DNA from: Camelus ferus
Lineage: Eukaryota
Direction: 5' to 3'
Length of the DNA: 64,000 nt
Assembly: GCF_009834535.1 (NCBI RefSeq)
Contig: NC_045696.1
Location: forward strand, 73,224,001-73,288,000
Shown here piece after piece: positions 41,257-53,432 of this stretch; position 1 is the first letter of the stretch; each line of letters starts with the position of its first letter. The notes under the pieces were generated by a model, which had not been told where the DNA came from, did no database searches, and saw nothing but the letters and a program-made list of their open reading frames with translations. Position numbers and translations under genes: made by a program.

Positions 41257-41388
41257 TTCTTTTCTTTTCTTTTCTTTTCTTTTCTTTTCTTTTCTTTTCT
41301 TTTCTTTTCTTTTTTTAAAGAAAACCAATCAATCTCCCCCACCAAAACAAACAAACAAACAAACAAACAAACAAACAAACAACAAAAA
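41257..41388 (+). repeat. (TTTTC)n pentamer (41257-41316) and (AAAC)n tetramer (41345-41388)
   Basis: Read directly; these repeats explain ORFs 41202-41474 and 41242-41583. Confidence 0.95.
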
Positions 41389-42009
41389 CACCATAAAACC
41401 CCAATCAATCCATATTTTAGTTTGGCTCCAAGTTTCCCAGAAGGACTTAAGTACATTGCCCTGAAACCTCGCAAAAATTGCCCAAGGGCATCTGGCCTGA
41501 GCTTTGTAAATGCTGCTCTAACTGATGGGACTGAAGGAGAACCTTGGCAGCAGCTGGGAGAAAAAAAGACACCCAGAAATTAAAATTGAAGTTAATTATA
41601 GTACTTAACAGATTTTTCCCCAGACCTGATTTCTAGTGTTCAACAAAGAAGAAAAGCTCTCAATAGAACTTCAACATGACAATGCCAGCACTACACCTAA
41701 GCCTGTTCTTGGGGGACTGGGGAGGGGGGAGGCTTGTAGTTGCTCATGTCATTACAGCTGTTTGGGGGGCCAGGGGGTGGTGAGAGCATTTCTCCATCTA
41801 TGGCTAGTGACAGAAAATGGATAAAGAATGATCTCACGTCCAGATAATTTTATTTTTCCCAAATACCCTGAGACCTCACTTGAGTTTTATTCTCCCAGAC
41901 TTTAGGGGTTGCTCTGGGTTTGGGATATTGGTTTGTATGATTAGTAGATAAACCAGTGCTTATCTTAGGAAAAAATTAGACATTTTTTTTCTTTTAAATT
42001 TGTGTGGTT

Positions 42010-42150
42010 TAGAGTCTGATGATCCAGATTAGGAAGACAGCACTTACTACATAACAGCTGGTTGACCTGAGGCAACTAACCTGCCCTCTCTGAGCTTGTT
42101 TCTTCATCTATAGAATGAAGATAATTACAACTGCTTCATACCACTGCCAT
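42010..42150 (+). mobile_element. MIR SINE
   Basis: 'agctggttgacctgaggcaactaacctgccctctctgagcttgtttcttcatctatagaatgaagataat'. Confidence 0.75.
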
Positions 42151-42434
42151 GTGACTCTATAAAATTTGTATCAATATCTTACAGAGTATGAAACAGGCAC
42201 ACTGACAAGATGTATCTATGATAGGCAACTTTAGATATCTGGACATATATTTCACTAAGAATAGAGCCTTTGATAAATTATTGGTGTGATGTATTTCCTA
42301 TTACATCGCTTGAAAAAGCCTAGGAATTAATATCATTCTGGATATTAATTCTGTCCCCAAAGGAAGAACTGATCGGTTGAGTATCATGGAGCTAAGTGAG
42401 CTAAGTAATGTTGGAATCTGATAGGACTCTCTAG

Positions 42435-42601
42435 ACCCTTGCAACACAAAGCATGAGGTGAGGACTAGCAACACTGCATAATCTGGGAGCTTGTTAGAAA
42501 TGCTGAATCTCAGGCCCCACCCAGACCTACAGAATTATAATCTGCATCTTAACAAGATCACCTGGTGGTTTGTATGCACATTAACATTTGAGAAGCACTG
42601 C
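42435..42601. mobile_element. MER5A hAT-Charlie MITE
   Basis: 'ctgggagcttgttagaaatgctgaatctcaggccccacccagacctacagaatt...ttaacaagatc...tttgagaagcactg'. Confidence 0.9.
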
Positions 42602-42842
42602 TTAGCATTCAGAAAAATGGATTTTTGAAAGTTAAGAATCAAGATCTGGATTATTCTGTGGACAGAGATCTTTGAGAAGGTTGATTCAAAAAGGAAAGAA
42701 AATCTTTAAAACTAAGAAAATTGTCTGCTGTTTGAAGGAGAAGTGAGCATTTGAAAATTAAAAGAAGAAACACTGTAGATATTCTAGGCTTTCTGATGAG
42801 CTCAAAATTTTTTAAAACAAATTTATAAGACATGGAAAGAGG

Positions 42843-42945
42843 GTGTGACAGATTAAAGATGGCCATAAATTCTTTTTCTACTTCTCTTACTGAGAGGAGG
42901 AAACTAATCCTCTCCCCTTGAATTTGGACTGGAGTTAGTCATTAA
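42843..42945 (+). mobile_element. MLT1F/G/H-like LTR 5' fragment
   Basis: 'tgtgacagattaaagatggccataaattc...cctctccccttgaatttggactgg'. Confidence 0.7.
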
Positions 42946-43603
42946 GTCTAGTTGATCTGTTTTCTAAATATGTTTCAAAAGTTGTTCTTTTTTCCTCTCT
43001 TGGTGCTGATTTAGTTCAAGTTTCATCGTCTCTCACCTACACTAATGAGAAAGCCTCTGAACTGGGCTCTCTGCTTTCAGTCTTGTTACTGACTGACTGC
43101 TCATTCTAAACAGATGATCAGCTCAATACATATATAATGAATGAGAGGAAATTTATAAATTGAATATGCTGCTTTGTGAGTTAGTGCTTCCTGTCACTGG
43201 AAATGCTGAAGTATTGAATGAGTGTACATCTTTTCGCACTGTAAAAAGCAACCATTTTAAAGTCTTGCTTGATTTGATTTTGTTGTTACATCATTAGGGT
43301 CCTCTTATTCCAAAATGAATTAAAAGAGCACACTGGAATTGTGCTTAAATTCTGAAGGAGCCTGCCTGAAATTATATATATCGAGCAAAACATATTTCTT
43401 CTTTTCTTCACATCCTAGGTGGGAACAACCAAGAATATGTATAGAATAAGCAGGAGAAAACTTTATGAGAAGTGAAAATATTTATAGGCCTTTTTAGATT
43501 TGTTATTTTTATTGTTTAATTTTGTTATTATTATTGTTAATCAAAATATTACAAATGGAGGGAAAACCTGCATATTCCTTTCTAACACAAAGTCCACTTT
43601 CTA

Positions 43604-43750
43604 GGGGGGAATAGCTCAATGGTAGAGTATGTGCTTAGCATGCATACGGTCCTGGGTTCAATCCTCAGCACCTCCATTAAAAAAAAACCTAATTATCTCA
43701 CCCCAAAACAAACCAAAAAATTAAAAACAAATAAATTTAAAAAATATTTT
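43604..43750 (+). mobile_element. Full-length tRNA-Ala(AGC)-derived SINE (Vic-1-like)
   Basis: 43605-43676 aligns end to end with tRNA-Ala (anticodon AGC at 43637-43639). A box TAGCTCAATGG, B box GTTCAATCC, A-rich tail, and an imperfect TSD (aaagtccactttcta / aaagtctacattgta). Confidence 0.9.
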
Positions 43751-43759
43751 TAAAAGTCT

Positions 43760-44370
43760 ACATTGTAAGTTGTGTATGTGTGTGGGCATTCCTTCTAGAA
43801 CTTATCCATGCAGACACATACATTCAGTTTGTCAGTCACAGTGTGAGTACAATTTCACATCTTGTTTTTACGGCTATATCTTAATCTGTGCCTGAAGTTA
43901 CATGGCTTTGATAATTATCATCTATTTAATGTTTCATCTATTTGGCCTACCACAGTTTTACTCACCATTCCTCACTGATTGGACTTTAGGCTGCTTTCAA
44001 TTTTTCTAGTTACAAACAAAGTTGTTGAGAATATCCTAGTGTATATAGCAATTTCCTTTCCTAACTGATGTTCTCAGGCTAAATTCCTAGTAGTAAAATT
44101 ACTGACCCCCAAATGTTTCAGTGTTTAAGTTTATGCTGTCAACTGTGTATTCACAAGCCCCCCCGACCTGGTCCAATAAGCACCCAATTTTTAGAAAACT
44201 TCAACAGTATTAAGTATTATAGGAAAATTTATTTTTGCTAACTTTTTGGACAGAAAAATAACACTTTTTGTTTTTATTTTGTTTCTAATTAGGACGGACA
44301 TTTCCTTTCATTATTTGTTAGTAACTCCTTTTTTTTTGTTTGTTTGAATTGCCTTTTGTTATCCTGCTAT
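43760..44370 (-). mobile_element. L1ME-type fragment
   Basis: 'ccattcctcactgattggactttaggctgctttcaattttt...ctaaattcctagtagtaaaattactg'. Confidence 0.65.
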
Positions 44371-45097
44371 ATATATGTATATATGCCTGTTGGCCACATA
44401 TACCACATATTCAGATGTTAAGTATTAAAAATCTACAGACAAAATGATCATTTGGTGAAACACCTGCTAACTGACCAGTTAATTGATGCCAGGTGCAGAA
44501 ATCTATGACTCACATTGTGGGTTCTATAAACCTATGACTGGTGGATGCTTTTCCTATTTGGAATGATTAAGGTCATGATACATCAGGATCTGTCTGGTCA
44601 CGAAGGCTACTACCCTGACCTCTGACCCTTTCTAATTCCCATTACATAAAGAATAAATGCCAGGCTCCTCACTTATTTCCCTAACCCTGGTCTCTCTCCT
44701 GTTCTCTCTTGCCCTCAATCATATGGAGTTGACCTATCTTCAGGAAAAAGTATTCCTGAACTACACCTTTGATAAAGATCTAACAAAGCAACATAGGAAC
44801 AGACACGACAAGGAAGAGAGATAGCAATCTAGTGACTACGGTCAATGAGGTAGAGGTCTGAGAGGAAAAGGATGTGTTTAGTTGCCCATCTCTTCTAGCA
44901 TATCTAGCAGCTAGTGCTGTACTTCTATGACACTCTCCTACTGGGCACCTGTTCACCCTGTAACTTAAGTTCCTTGGACCTCAGAAATTGGGGTAGGTAA
45001 TTTCTAAATTCCTTTCCAGTTTGAACATTCTTAACCCTATACTATACAGATGTAATATGAGGTTATATCCATAAGAAATGGTACGATGTAACATTTC

Positions 45098-46332
45098 CTC
45101 ATACATATTCAAAAATAAACTCAAAATGGATTAAAAACCAAAATATAAGATCACAAATCACAAAACTCCTAGAAGAAAACATAGGCAGAACACTCTTTGA
45201 CATAAATTGAAGCAGTATTCTTCTTGGATCTGTCTCCTAAAGCAAAAGAAATAAAAGAAAAAATAAACAAATGGGAAGTAATTAAACTTAAAAGCTTTTG
45301 CACACCAAAGGAAACCATCAACAAAATGAAAAGACAACCTACTGAATGGGAGAAAATATTTGCCAATGATATGACTGATAAAGGGTTAATATCCAAAATA
45401 TATAAACAGTGCATACAACTCAACATCAAAAAAAAAAAACAAACAAACAACCCAATTAAAAAATGGGCAGAAGATCTGAATAGACATTTTTCTAAAGAAC
45501 ACATACAGATGGCTAACAGGCACATGAAAAGATGCTCAACATCACTAATTATTGGAGAAATGCAAACCACAATGAGACATCACCTCATACCTATCAGAAT
45601 GGCTAACATCAAAAGTTTACAAATAACAAATGTTGGCGGGGATGTGGGGAAAGAGGAACCCTTGTACACTGTTGATGGGAATGTAAATTCGGCAGCTGCT
45701 ATGGAAAACAGTATGGAGTTCCTCAAAAAACTAATAATAGAACCACTATATGACCTAACACTTCAACTGCTAGGTATATACCTGGGAAAAATGAAAACAC
45801 TAACTTGAAAAGATATATGCACCCCAAAGTTCATTGCAGCACTATTTACAATAGTTGAGACATGGAAACAACCCAAGTGTCCATTAGATGAATAGATAAA
45901 GAAGATGGAATATTAATCAGCCATAAAAATGAAATTCTGCCATTTGCAGCAATGTAGATGTACCTACAGGGTATTATGCTTAGTGAAATAAGTCAGATAG
46001 AGAAAGATAAATACTGTTATCAGTTATATGTGGAATCTAAAAAATAACACAAATGTATACAACAAAACAGAAACAGACACATATAGAGAACAAGCTAGTG
46101 GTTACTATTGGGGAGAGGAGAGGGGGACAAGATAAGGGTAGTGGATTAAGAAATACAAACTACTATGTACAAACTAAATAAGCAACAAGGATATATTGTA
46201 TAGCATAGAGAAATATAGCCATTATCTTGTAATAACTTTAAATGGAGTATAATCTATAAAAATATTGAATCACTATGCTGTACATTTGAAACTAATATAA
46301 TATTGTAAATCAACTGTACTTCAATAACAAAG
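45098..46332 (+). mobile_element. L1 3' portion (ORF2 C-terminus and 3' UTR), L1MA9/laurasiatherian type
   Basis: ORF 45224-45808 ([37 protein letters not shown]...[14 protein letters not shown]) is the L1 ORF2p C-terminus; the 3' UTR ends 'aatcaactgtacttcaataa'. Confidence 0.96.
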
Positions 46333-46379
46333 AGTTTCTATGCACAAAAAGCAATTATACTATATGTTGATAGGATTGA

Positions 46380-48175
46380 TTTCTTTCTTTTTTTGTTTTC
46401 ATTGATATATAATTGACATATACCATTATGTTAGATTCTGACAGCAAAATTTCTGGATAAAACTATATGTGAATTTCAAATTTCATTAAGACTTAATCAA
46501 ACCGCCCTTCCGGAAGTTTGCACCAATTTACACTGCCGCCACTAGTATTAGAGAGTTTTTGCTTTGACATGCTTTTGAACCTTAAGTATTATCATGCCTC
46601 TTAATCTATGTGGGTAATATCACTGCTATGAATTATCCACTGATACTCTTGCGAAACTGCACCAAGGTATAAACATAAGAATGTTCACAGTAGCAATGTT
46701 TATACTGGCAAGAAGATAGACACAACCTAAGTGCCCCCAGACAAAGGCTAAGTTAAATGAATTACAGTGAAGTCATAAGGAGGAATGCAATGTTATTAAA
46801 AGGAGTGAAATCTGTTCATGCCAATTCTATGAGTTCTAATATATATCAAGTTAAAATTATTAGTTTCAAAACAGCATGTATGATATGATCCTATTTGAGG
46901 AATAAAGAAAAAAATATAGATTTGGCATGTGACAGGCTTTTCTTCAGAAAGGATAAACACAAGATGCTATTAACCATTGTTATCTTGGCGAGTGGTACTG
47001 CTTGTTTGGGGTGAGATTTGAAGAGAGAGATTTCACTTTGAGTCTCTTTCTTTACTGCCTGAGCATTTTTTATCAAGTGCATGTTCACTTTATTTTAGAA
47101 AACACTGTAAATACAATTTTTAAATGTAATGGTAGCTAATCTCTTCAAATAAATACTTTGTTTTAAAGGTAAATCTTACCAAGTAATAGTTCAGTATAAA
47201 TAAACTAAAAATATCCTCCATTTGCTATCTCATGAAAGGAGAAAAAAATGGAAGAAAGAAGTGGACACTGTGGAAAGAACATTCTCTTTTATTTAAAGAT
47301 TTAGCTTTATCTTTCTTATTGATCATGGTTTTGTAAATGAAAGGATCTTGCAAGAGTAAGAGTCTGTTATTTCGTTGTTTTGGAGGCTCGTAAAGTCTTC
47401 CCAAAACGCACATGTTTGATTTATAAAAACCTGAATTACTCAGACTCATGAATTAGGGAGCAATTACTTATTTTTCAATAGAATTCTTAGATGTAAAATA
47501 GAATTTGTGCCAGCTTTCCTTTAAATAGTCATCTCTTCTAGCATATTTAAAGAGTATTTGCTTTGCAGAAATGTGTTTGCATAGAACACAGTTGTGAAGG
47601 TCGTGTGGCACACTCATAACTAATGCACAAGAATACATCCCCATGTAACAATGTGCTGAGGCTTTATTAACTAACCAAGTGGTACCTGGATATTTGGGCA
47701 AACAATTTACTCATGTGAGTTCTTTTTAAGACTAGGTCCAGGTGTTATTATTTACATAGCTCATGGGAATGAACTCTAAAAATTGTGAAAGGTGCACAGG
47801 AACCTAAGAGCCTTATTTCCAGGGAATTTTAGAAAACTGAGGCAATATATTTAATACACAAAAGTGGATTTTAGAACAATACATGATGCCATCTTTGTAA
47901 AAATATATATTTTATGCATTATATTTTACACATTGTACATATTTATTTCCTCATACATTATGTATGTGTGTGTGTGTTTGTGTGTGTGTAAACACAGTAT
48001 AGGAAAAATACAGAAAGAAACGTAGAAACACTCTCAGGGAATGAGACTGACATGGCAGGAATGAAAAATCACTTTTGGTTTTTACTGTGTACTTTACATA
48101 CTTCTGTTTGATTTGTGTGTTTTTAAAGTACACATGTTGCTTTAATAATCTGAAAGTAACTAAAGACAAACTGAA
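46380..48175. mobile_element. Patchwork of old L1M fragments in both orientations
   Basis: 'ccggaagtttgcaccaatttacact' (-), 'aagaatgttcacagtagcaatgtttatactggcaag' (+), 'tagaacaatacatgatgccatctttgt' (+). Confidence 0.55.
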
Positions 48176-48529
48176 AAAATAACAGTGGGACAGAGATCAA
48201 GATGATTATACTGAATCATTTAGCCAAATTTGTGACAAAGTAGTTGAATTGGTTGAGTTTGCCCTTTTCTAAAGAGAAGTAGAGGTATTTGTTAGGATTC
48301 TTATCTAAAGTCTACTATAATCATAAAAATTCAGGATTGCTTCTGTTTCCTTTAGAACAGGTCAAGTCTTCCAAGAGAAACTTTAGAACATGGATAAGCT
48401 ACCAGCAGTTTTTTATCCTCTACCTCTTTAGCAATGGTTATTTTAAAAGGCAATAAATGCACTACCAGCAAATTCCATCAATACTGATTTCATATCAATA
48501 TGAAAAAAAAAAAAAAGTCATTGTCAAAT

Positions 48530-48770
48530 CCACTTTTTCCAAAGGTGCTCTGCAGGATAACAGATATTCCTTGAAGAAAGGATATGTATGTGGGTAAATA
48601 TGTTTGGAAAATGCCGGATTTAACAATATCACACAAGTTTATTTACAGCAGGAATTCTCTAATATTCAAGAGCAGGGAGGAAAAAGTATGCAGAGTCTCC
48701 CAAACTATTTGACAACAGTCATGTATCCCAGGCCAGCCTAGTGGCTGCACACTGTGGAAGCATCAGCTAA
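48530..48770 (-). mobile_element. MER103-like hAT MITE
   Basis: 'gtaaatatgtttggaaaatgccggatttaac...tttacagcaggaattctc...tgcagagtctcccaaactatttgac'. Confidence 0.6.
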
Positions 48771-48929
48771 TGTTTGATGAATGAAGAAAACGGCAGGAAG
48801 AAGTTAACATGAGGAAATGAGGATAGAGGAAACTAGTGTATGAAGTGTATCATTAGCATTGTCCAACTTCTCTGAAGCTTTGTACTGTCTGTCTGAATCA
48901 TTATAATGAGCATTGATTTCAGAATCTAA

Positions 48930-49120
48930 ATTTTGGGCAAGTGAAATTAATTCCTACCACAAATCACCTGATCAGTTGGTAAAAAGAAAGACAGCTTCTC
49001 CAGGCCCTGACCTTAGACAGTTTGATCCAGATGATCTAAAGTAGGATCCAGAAAGTGTATTTTTAACAAGCAGGTAATTCTAATCCTTGTGATTTAAGGA
49101 TCAGGTTGAGAAACACTGAT
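48930..49120. mobile_element. MER5-like hAT MITE
   Basis: 'aaatcacctg...ccaggccctgacc...gtatttttaacaagcaggtaattctaat...gttgagaaacactg'. Confidence 0.7.
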
Positions 49121-49499
49121 TCATGAAAAAATTTAGATATTTTATATATAGACTAAAATTAAAATGGAACAAATTTACCTCCATATGATCAGGATTTTCA
49201 ACTTGGAACACACACAGACAGGAATCAATATCATCTTGCAGATAGTTTAAACCCACACATGATATATTTCCAAAGGAAAAAAATCAAGCTTCTTGGAGAC
49301 CTGTCCTTTGTAGTAAAATTTCTCATTCTAATCTCATTATGTCCTGCAAACCAATCTGGCCACAAAGCTTTGTCCTGTGCTTGTTCTTATCTCTTGATCT
49401 GGGATTATAGCTTTTTCAACTGTGAATCCACAGCATTTGAAAGTTAGTTCAAGCCTTCAATAGCTCAAACTGAAGTGATCCAGGGCAGTTGAGAATCAC

Positions 49500-49635
49500 A
49501 TTTAGGTGTGCCTCCTGGTTCTACCTCAGTTTTGTCATCTGTGAAATGGGGTACTTGCATTATATCGGTTATTGTGAGTATTAAATTAAATGACGCAATT
49601 TATTTAAAGTGCATTATGCAGTAGCTATTATTTAT
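49500..49635 (+). mobile_element. MIR fragment
   Basis: 'cctcagttttgtcatctgtgaaatgggg...ggttattgtgagtattaaattaaatg'. Confidence 0.75.
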
Positions 49636-50937
49636 TTTATATGCATTGATATAATGCCTTCTGTGTGGGTTTTCTTGTGTTTTTAGTGTTTGCCAAAAAT
49701 GCTAATGGAACACTCCTTTCTCCAACATAGTTGAGAGATTTGGTATTTTATATAATATAATTTATTTATTATATTGGTATTTAGTTATTTGTAATAAATA
49801 TTTCCTATTATTTAAATTATTAATAAGAATCTAATAAATTACTTAGAACTGAGTCTACTTTTGTAATAAATCTGGAGGACAGTTTGATTTCAAATGATTT
49901 ATTCATTGCCCCCCATGACCTATGAAAATGCCCTGTGCAATCCAGTAACTTAGTATGGATACATTTTCCACACTTCATTTTCTATGTGGAAATAGGGCTA
50001 ACATTGTTTGTCAGACTTTATGTCCTCATCTGAAAAATGTAGCCATTACATTCCTTGTTGTCTTTGTAGCATCAAAAACATAAACACCAACTGATCATTG
50101 TATGTTAATGGCATCTTGTAACTTGTCTCCTAAACCCTTTTCCTCAGTGGAGCCCAGTACACAGTTGAACTTCTCCAACCTTAGGAAATAAAAATGACCA
50201 GTAAAAACCCATGAACAAAACAAAGATTCAGTCAATGGAGTAAAAATAATCTCAACTCAGTCTTTCTTTTTTCTTTAGTAGCAATTATCTGGAGACATAC
50301 GTATACACATATCTATATCTCCACACTGGAAGAGAGTCAAAATTATGTGATGGCTAAAGGTCTTGATGATTCAGTGATTGTAATTTAATTGAATTCAACC
50401 AAAATAAGCCCTTCAAAATCACCAGAGTCTTCCAGCCATGCAGTAAACTTTAAATGAAGACATACAGTGTAATTTATTAAAAGGCAGGAATTATTTCAGA
50501 TTAAAATTCATGTAACTCATTGTTAAGCAAATTTCAATTTCAGAGTATTGAATTACACTCAGTATCATTGATTTATAGCTCAAACAGCATGTGAGATGTT
50601 GCTTTGAATTCATACTATTATGGGAAAAAGTCTTTAAAAAAAGTACTTTTTAATTTGCATATTCAGTATATACATGATTCATCTATAGACTTAGGTAATT
50701 AAAATCATAAGTGCTTGAACTTGATAACTACAGGATAAGTTGTCTCCCATCTTGACTATAACACCCTAAGGTTAATCTAATCTAACAAATATTGAACCAT
50801 TAAAATATGCATTCTCTAGACATTTTTGTCTGCCTCTTAACAAACTTTGAAGTCACTTTGGTGAAACTGAGGCACTTTCATATATCCAGTTCATGACCCA
50901 AGAGGGCCTTCAAAAAGAAAAGGAGACAATCTTAATG

Positions 50938-51093
50938 ACTGGCTCTCAACCTTGGTGGCATATTGGAACCATCTGGGGAGGTTTCAAAATAGCTGATGCC
51001 TTGTGAGCCACCCCAACAGATTTGATGTAATCAGCTCACTCCAGGTATTAGGATTTTAAAAACCTCCCCAGTCAAGGTATGTAAACCACTGAT
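50938..51093. mobile_element. MER5A-like hAT MITE
   Basis: 'tggctctcaaccttggtggcatattggaaccatctggggag...ttttaaaaacctcccca...aaccactg'. Confidence 0.75.
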
Positions 51094-51159
51094 CTCAGCA
51101 CTATTTCATGCCTGAGGAAATAGAAGACAGTCCCCTATTCTTTCCTGAGGGTCAGGGGA

Positions 51160-51649
51160 TGTGGTTGGTTGAAAAATAGTCCTTAAAGAAGTTTACACAC
51201 TAGTCTTTGGAAACTGAGAATGTTACCTTGATGGCAAAGGGACTTTGCAGAGGTGATCAGGTTAAGGATCTTGAGATGGGGAGTTTATTCTGGATTATCC
51301 AGGTGGGCCCGAGATGTAACCGCAGGAGTTTTATGAGAAGGATGCAAGAGGAGTCACAGCCAGAGAGAAGGTGTGGAACAAGAAGGTAAGGGATAGAAAG
51401 AAATGTGAACATCCTGTGCTTTTTGCTGGCTTTAAAGACGGAGGCAGGAGCCACAAGCCAAAGGATGTTCATGGCCTCTGGAAGCTGGAAAGGTCAAGGG
51501 AATAGATTCTCCCTGGAGCCTCCCAAAGGAATGCAGCCCTGTGGACTCATTTTAGACATCTGACTTCCATAATTGTAAGATAATAAATTTGGATTGTTTT
51601 AAGCCACTAAATTTGTGGTAATTTATTACCACAATAGGAAAATAATATA
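51160..51649 (+). mobile_element. Solo MaLR LTR (MLT1D-like), full length
   Basis: Starts TGTGG; 'atggcaaagggactttgcagaggtgat...ttaaggatcttgagatgggg', 'gattctcccctggagcctcc', 'ataaatttggattgttttaagccactaaatttgtggtaattt'. 5-bp TSD gggga/ggaga. Confidence 0.92.
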
Positions 51650-52586
51650 GGAGAGGACAAAGTCTGTCCAGGAGCAATTTGCAATGGTCTGATGGGGAGC
51701 TCTGTGGCTCTTAAATATCCAAACACCAGAAACTCAGCAAGAAAAGCAAAGGCCAAATTGCTATGATCCACATTTTTGTTAAATGTTAAATACATTTCTT
51801 AAAACATTTTCTAATCCTTACTTTTTTTATATGTAACAATACTTTTGTTATGTAGAATCTCCTTAAATAGGAACTAACTAAATGTCATGTTATTTCTGCC
51901 AAGCACAACCTCAGATTAAAGCAAATAAATGAAGATCTGTCCAAACATTTCTGAAAAGCTGCCCACCATGGGGAGGTTGACTTGCTTTTCAGGTTTGCAG
52001 GTCCTGGTTTGGTCATGGTAACTTTGAAGTTCCTATTTAGTAGATTCTTAAGAGTATGAACATTTGCTATCATAAAGATACCCTTTTATTAGCTGAATAC
52101 TATATACAGAGTCTACGTTGCCTTACCATCCACCACCAGCCACTTCTTGTGAACAAAAAAAGAGCCACCAAATCACCAGCACCAATCATATTTTGACCTT
52201 TCAGGCTTTGACTGAACTGACCTCTGAGCATGGTATCAACCCAGGTTCCAGCACAGTTTGAATATCAAGAGCCTAGAAAATGCAGCTTTTGCCTTGGAGT
52301 GCTATGGTGATTCTCTTTCAATTAGCTTACACTATTAAATCTAAAATTAATTTTGATCATTTATGTAAAGTCCCTAGAGAGGTGGTCTATTTATAAGAGT
52401 TATTCAGTAAATCTTAGTTCTCCTACTAAAATATATAAATAAAAACATTAAGAGATGAGAAGGCCTGGATAGAAGCCAAATTAAACCATTACAATTTGAG
52501 TGCTCATGGACAACTTCATTAACTTCCTTGAGTTTTGTTTAATCCACAAATACGTGCAAAACAAAATAAATATATATCCCTACAGG

Positions 52587-52874
52587 TTTTTTTTTTAATT
52601 TTATATTTTACTGAAGTGTAGTTGACAATGTTAGTTTAAGGTATATAGCAAAGTGATTCAGTTATACATATACACACATACATATTTTCCTTTCAGATTC
52701 TTTTCCATTATATGTTACTATAAAAAATTGAATATATTTCTCTGTGCTATACAGTAGGTTCTAATTGTTTATATATTTTTATATATGTGTATCTATTAAT
52801 CCCAAACTCCTAATTTATCCCTCCTCTGCCCTTTCCCCTTCGGTAGCCATACTTTATTTTCTATGTCTGTGAGT
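52587..52874 (-). mobile_element. Camelid-type L1 3' end inserted in a MIR remnant
   Basis: Antisense homolog of about 22810-23090; TSD tccctacagg(t)n at 52577 and tcccaacagt(t)n at 52875. Confidence 0.9.
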
Positions 52875-53384
52875 TCCCAACAGTTTTTTTTTTTTTTTTT
52901 TTTACAGCCTGCGTATTTTCTAATATTGTAAGAATTAGTGGCATTATTATCAGGGGTCAATCTGGGGCTGTCAGCCAGTTCTACTAAGCACAATCTCCTT
53001 AATGATTCAACATGATGAGCACATTCCTACCAGACCAATTACCTGTCAACCACAGAAAAAGGGTTTCCAGCATATTCCTCTAGGAAAATGTTCATACTGC
53101 TTAACCACATAATCTCCCCACTGATAGTATTTTAGTTCGTAATAATCAAACTCTATGGACTAAAGATGAAAGAAATATCATTAGAATCTCTTCCTCATGT
53201 TCCTAAACTATCCCTTCCAGTGAGGTTTTGGGTTTATCAACAAAGATCAGTCAAAGACTTGGTGTGTAGAGTCAGGCAAAGCAGGAGGTCATGGGACTCA
53301 GGGAGGTTTCAGGCAGAACCAAAGAGGCAGACTTGCTGTGGGAACTTCTGGCTCACCAGTGACCCCAAGAGTGTTACAAAATTC

Positions 53385-53432
53385 AACAAAAACAAACAGA
53401 TGGCAAAAACTCCCCAGCAAGGCACATTTATT
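53385..53432 (-). terminator. Candidate distal polyadenylation signal
   Basis: Minus-strand AATAAA (plus tttatt 53427-53432) followed ~30 nt downstream by TGTTTGTTTTTGTTG (plus caacaaaaacaaaca). Confidence 0.45.

Noticed and set aside
42324..42351. Perfect 11-bp inverted repeat (gaattaatatc-N6-gatattaattc)
   Set aside because: Short, AT-rich and isolated; too small for a pre-miRNA and with no supporting context.
43605..43676. Functional tRNA-Ala(AGC) gene
   Set aside because: Acceptor-stem mismatches, an A-rich tail, an apparent TSD and a second degenerate copy at 4095 indicate a SINE.
45224..45808. Longest ORF (194 aa) as a host gene
   Set aside because: It is the L1 ORF2p C-terminus in a 5'-truncated, non-autonomous element.
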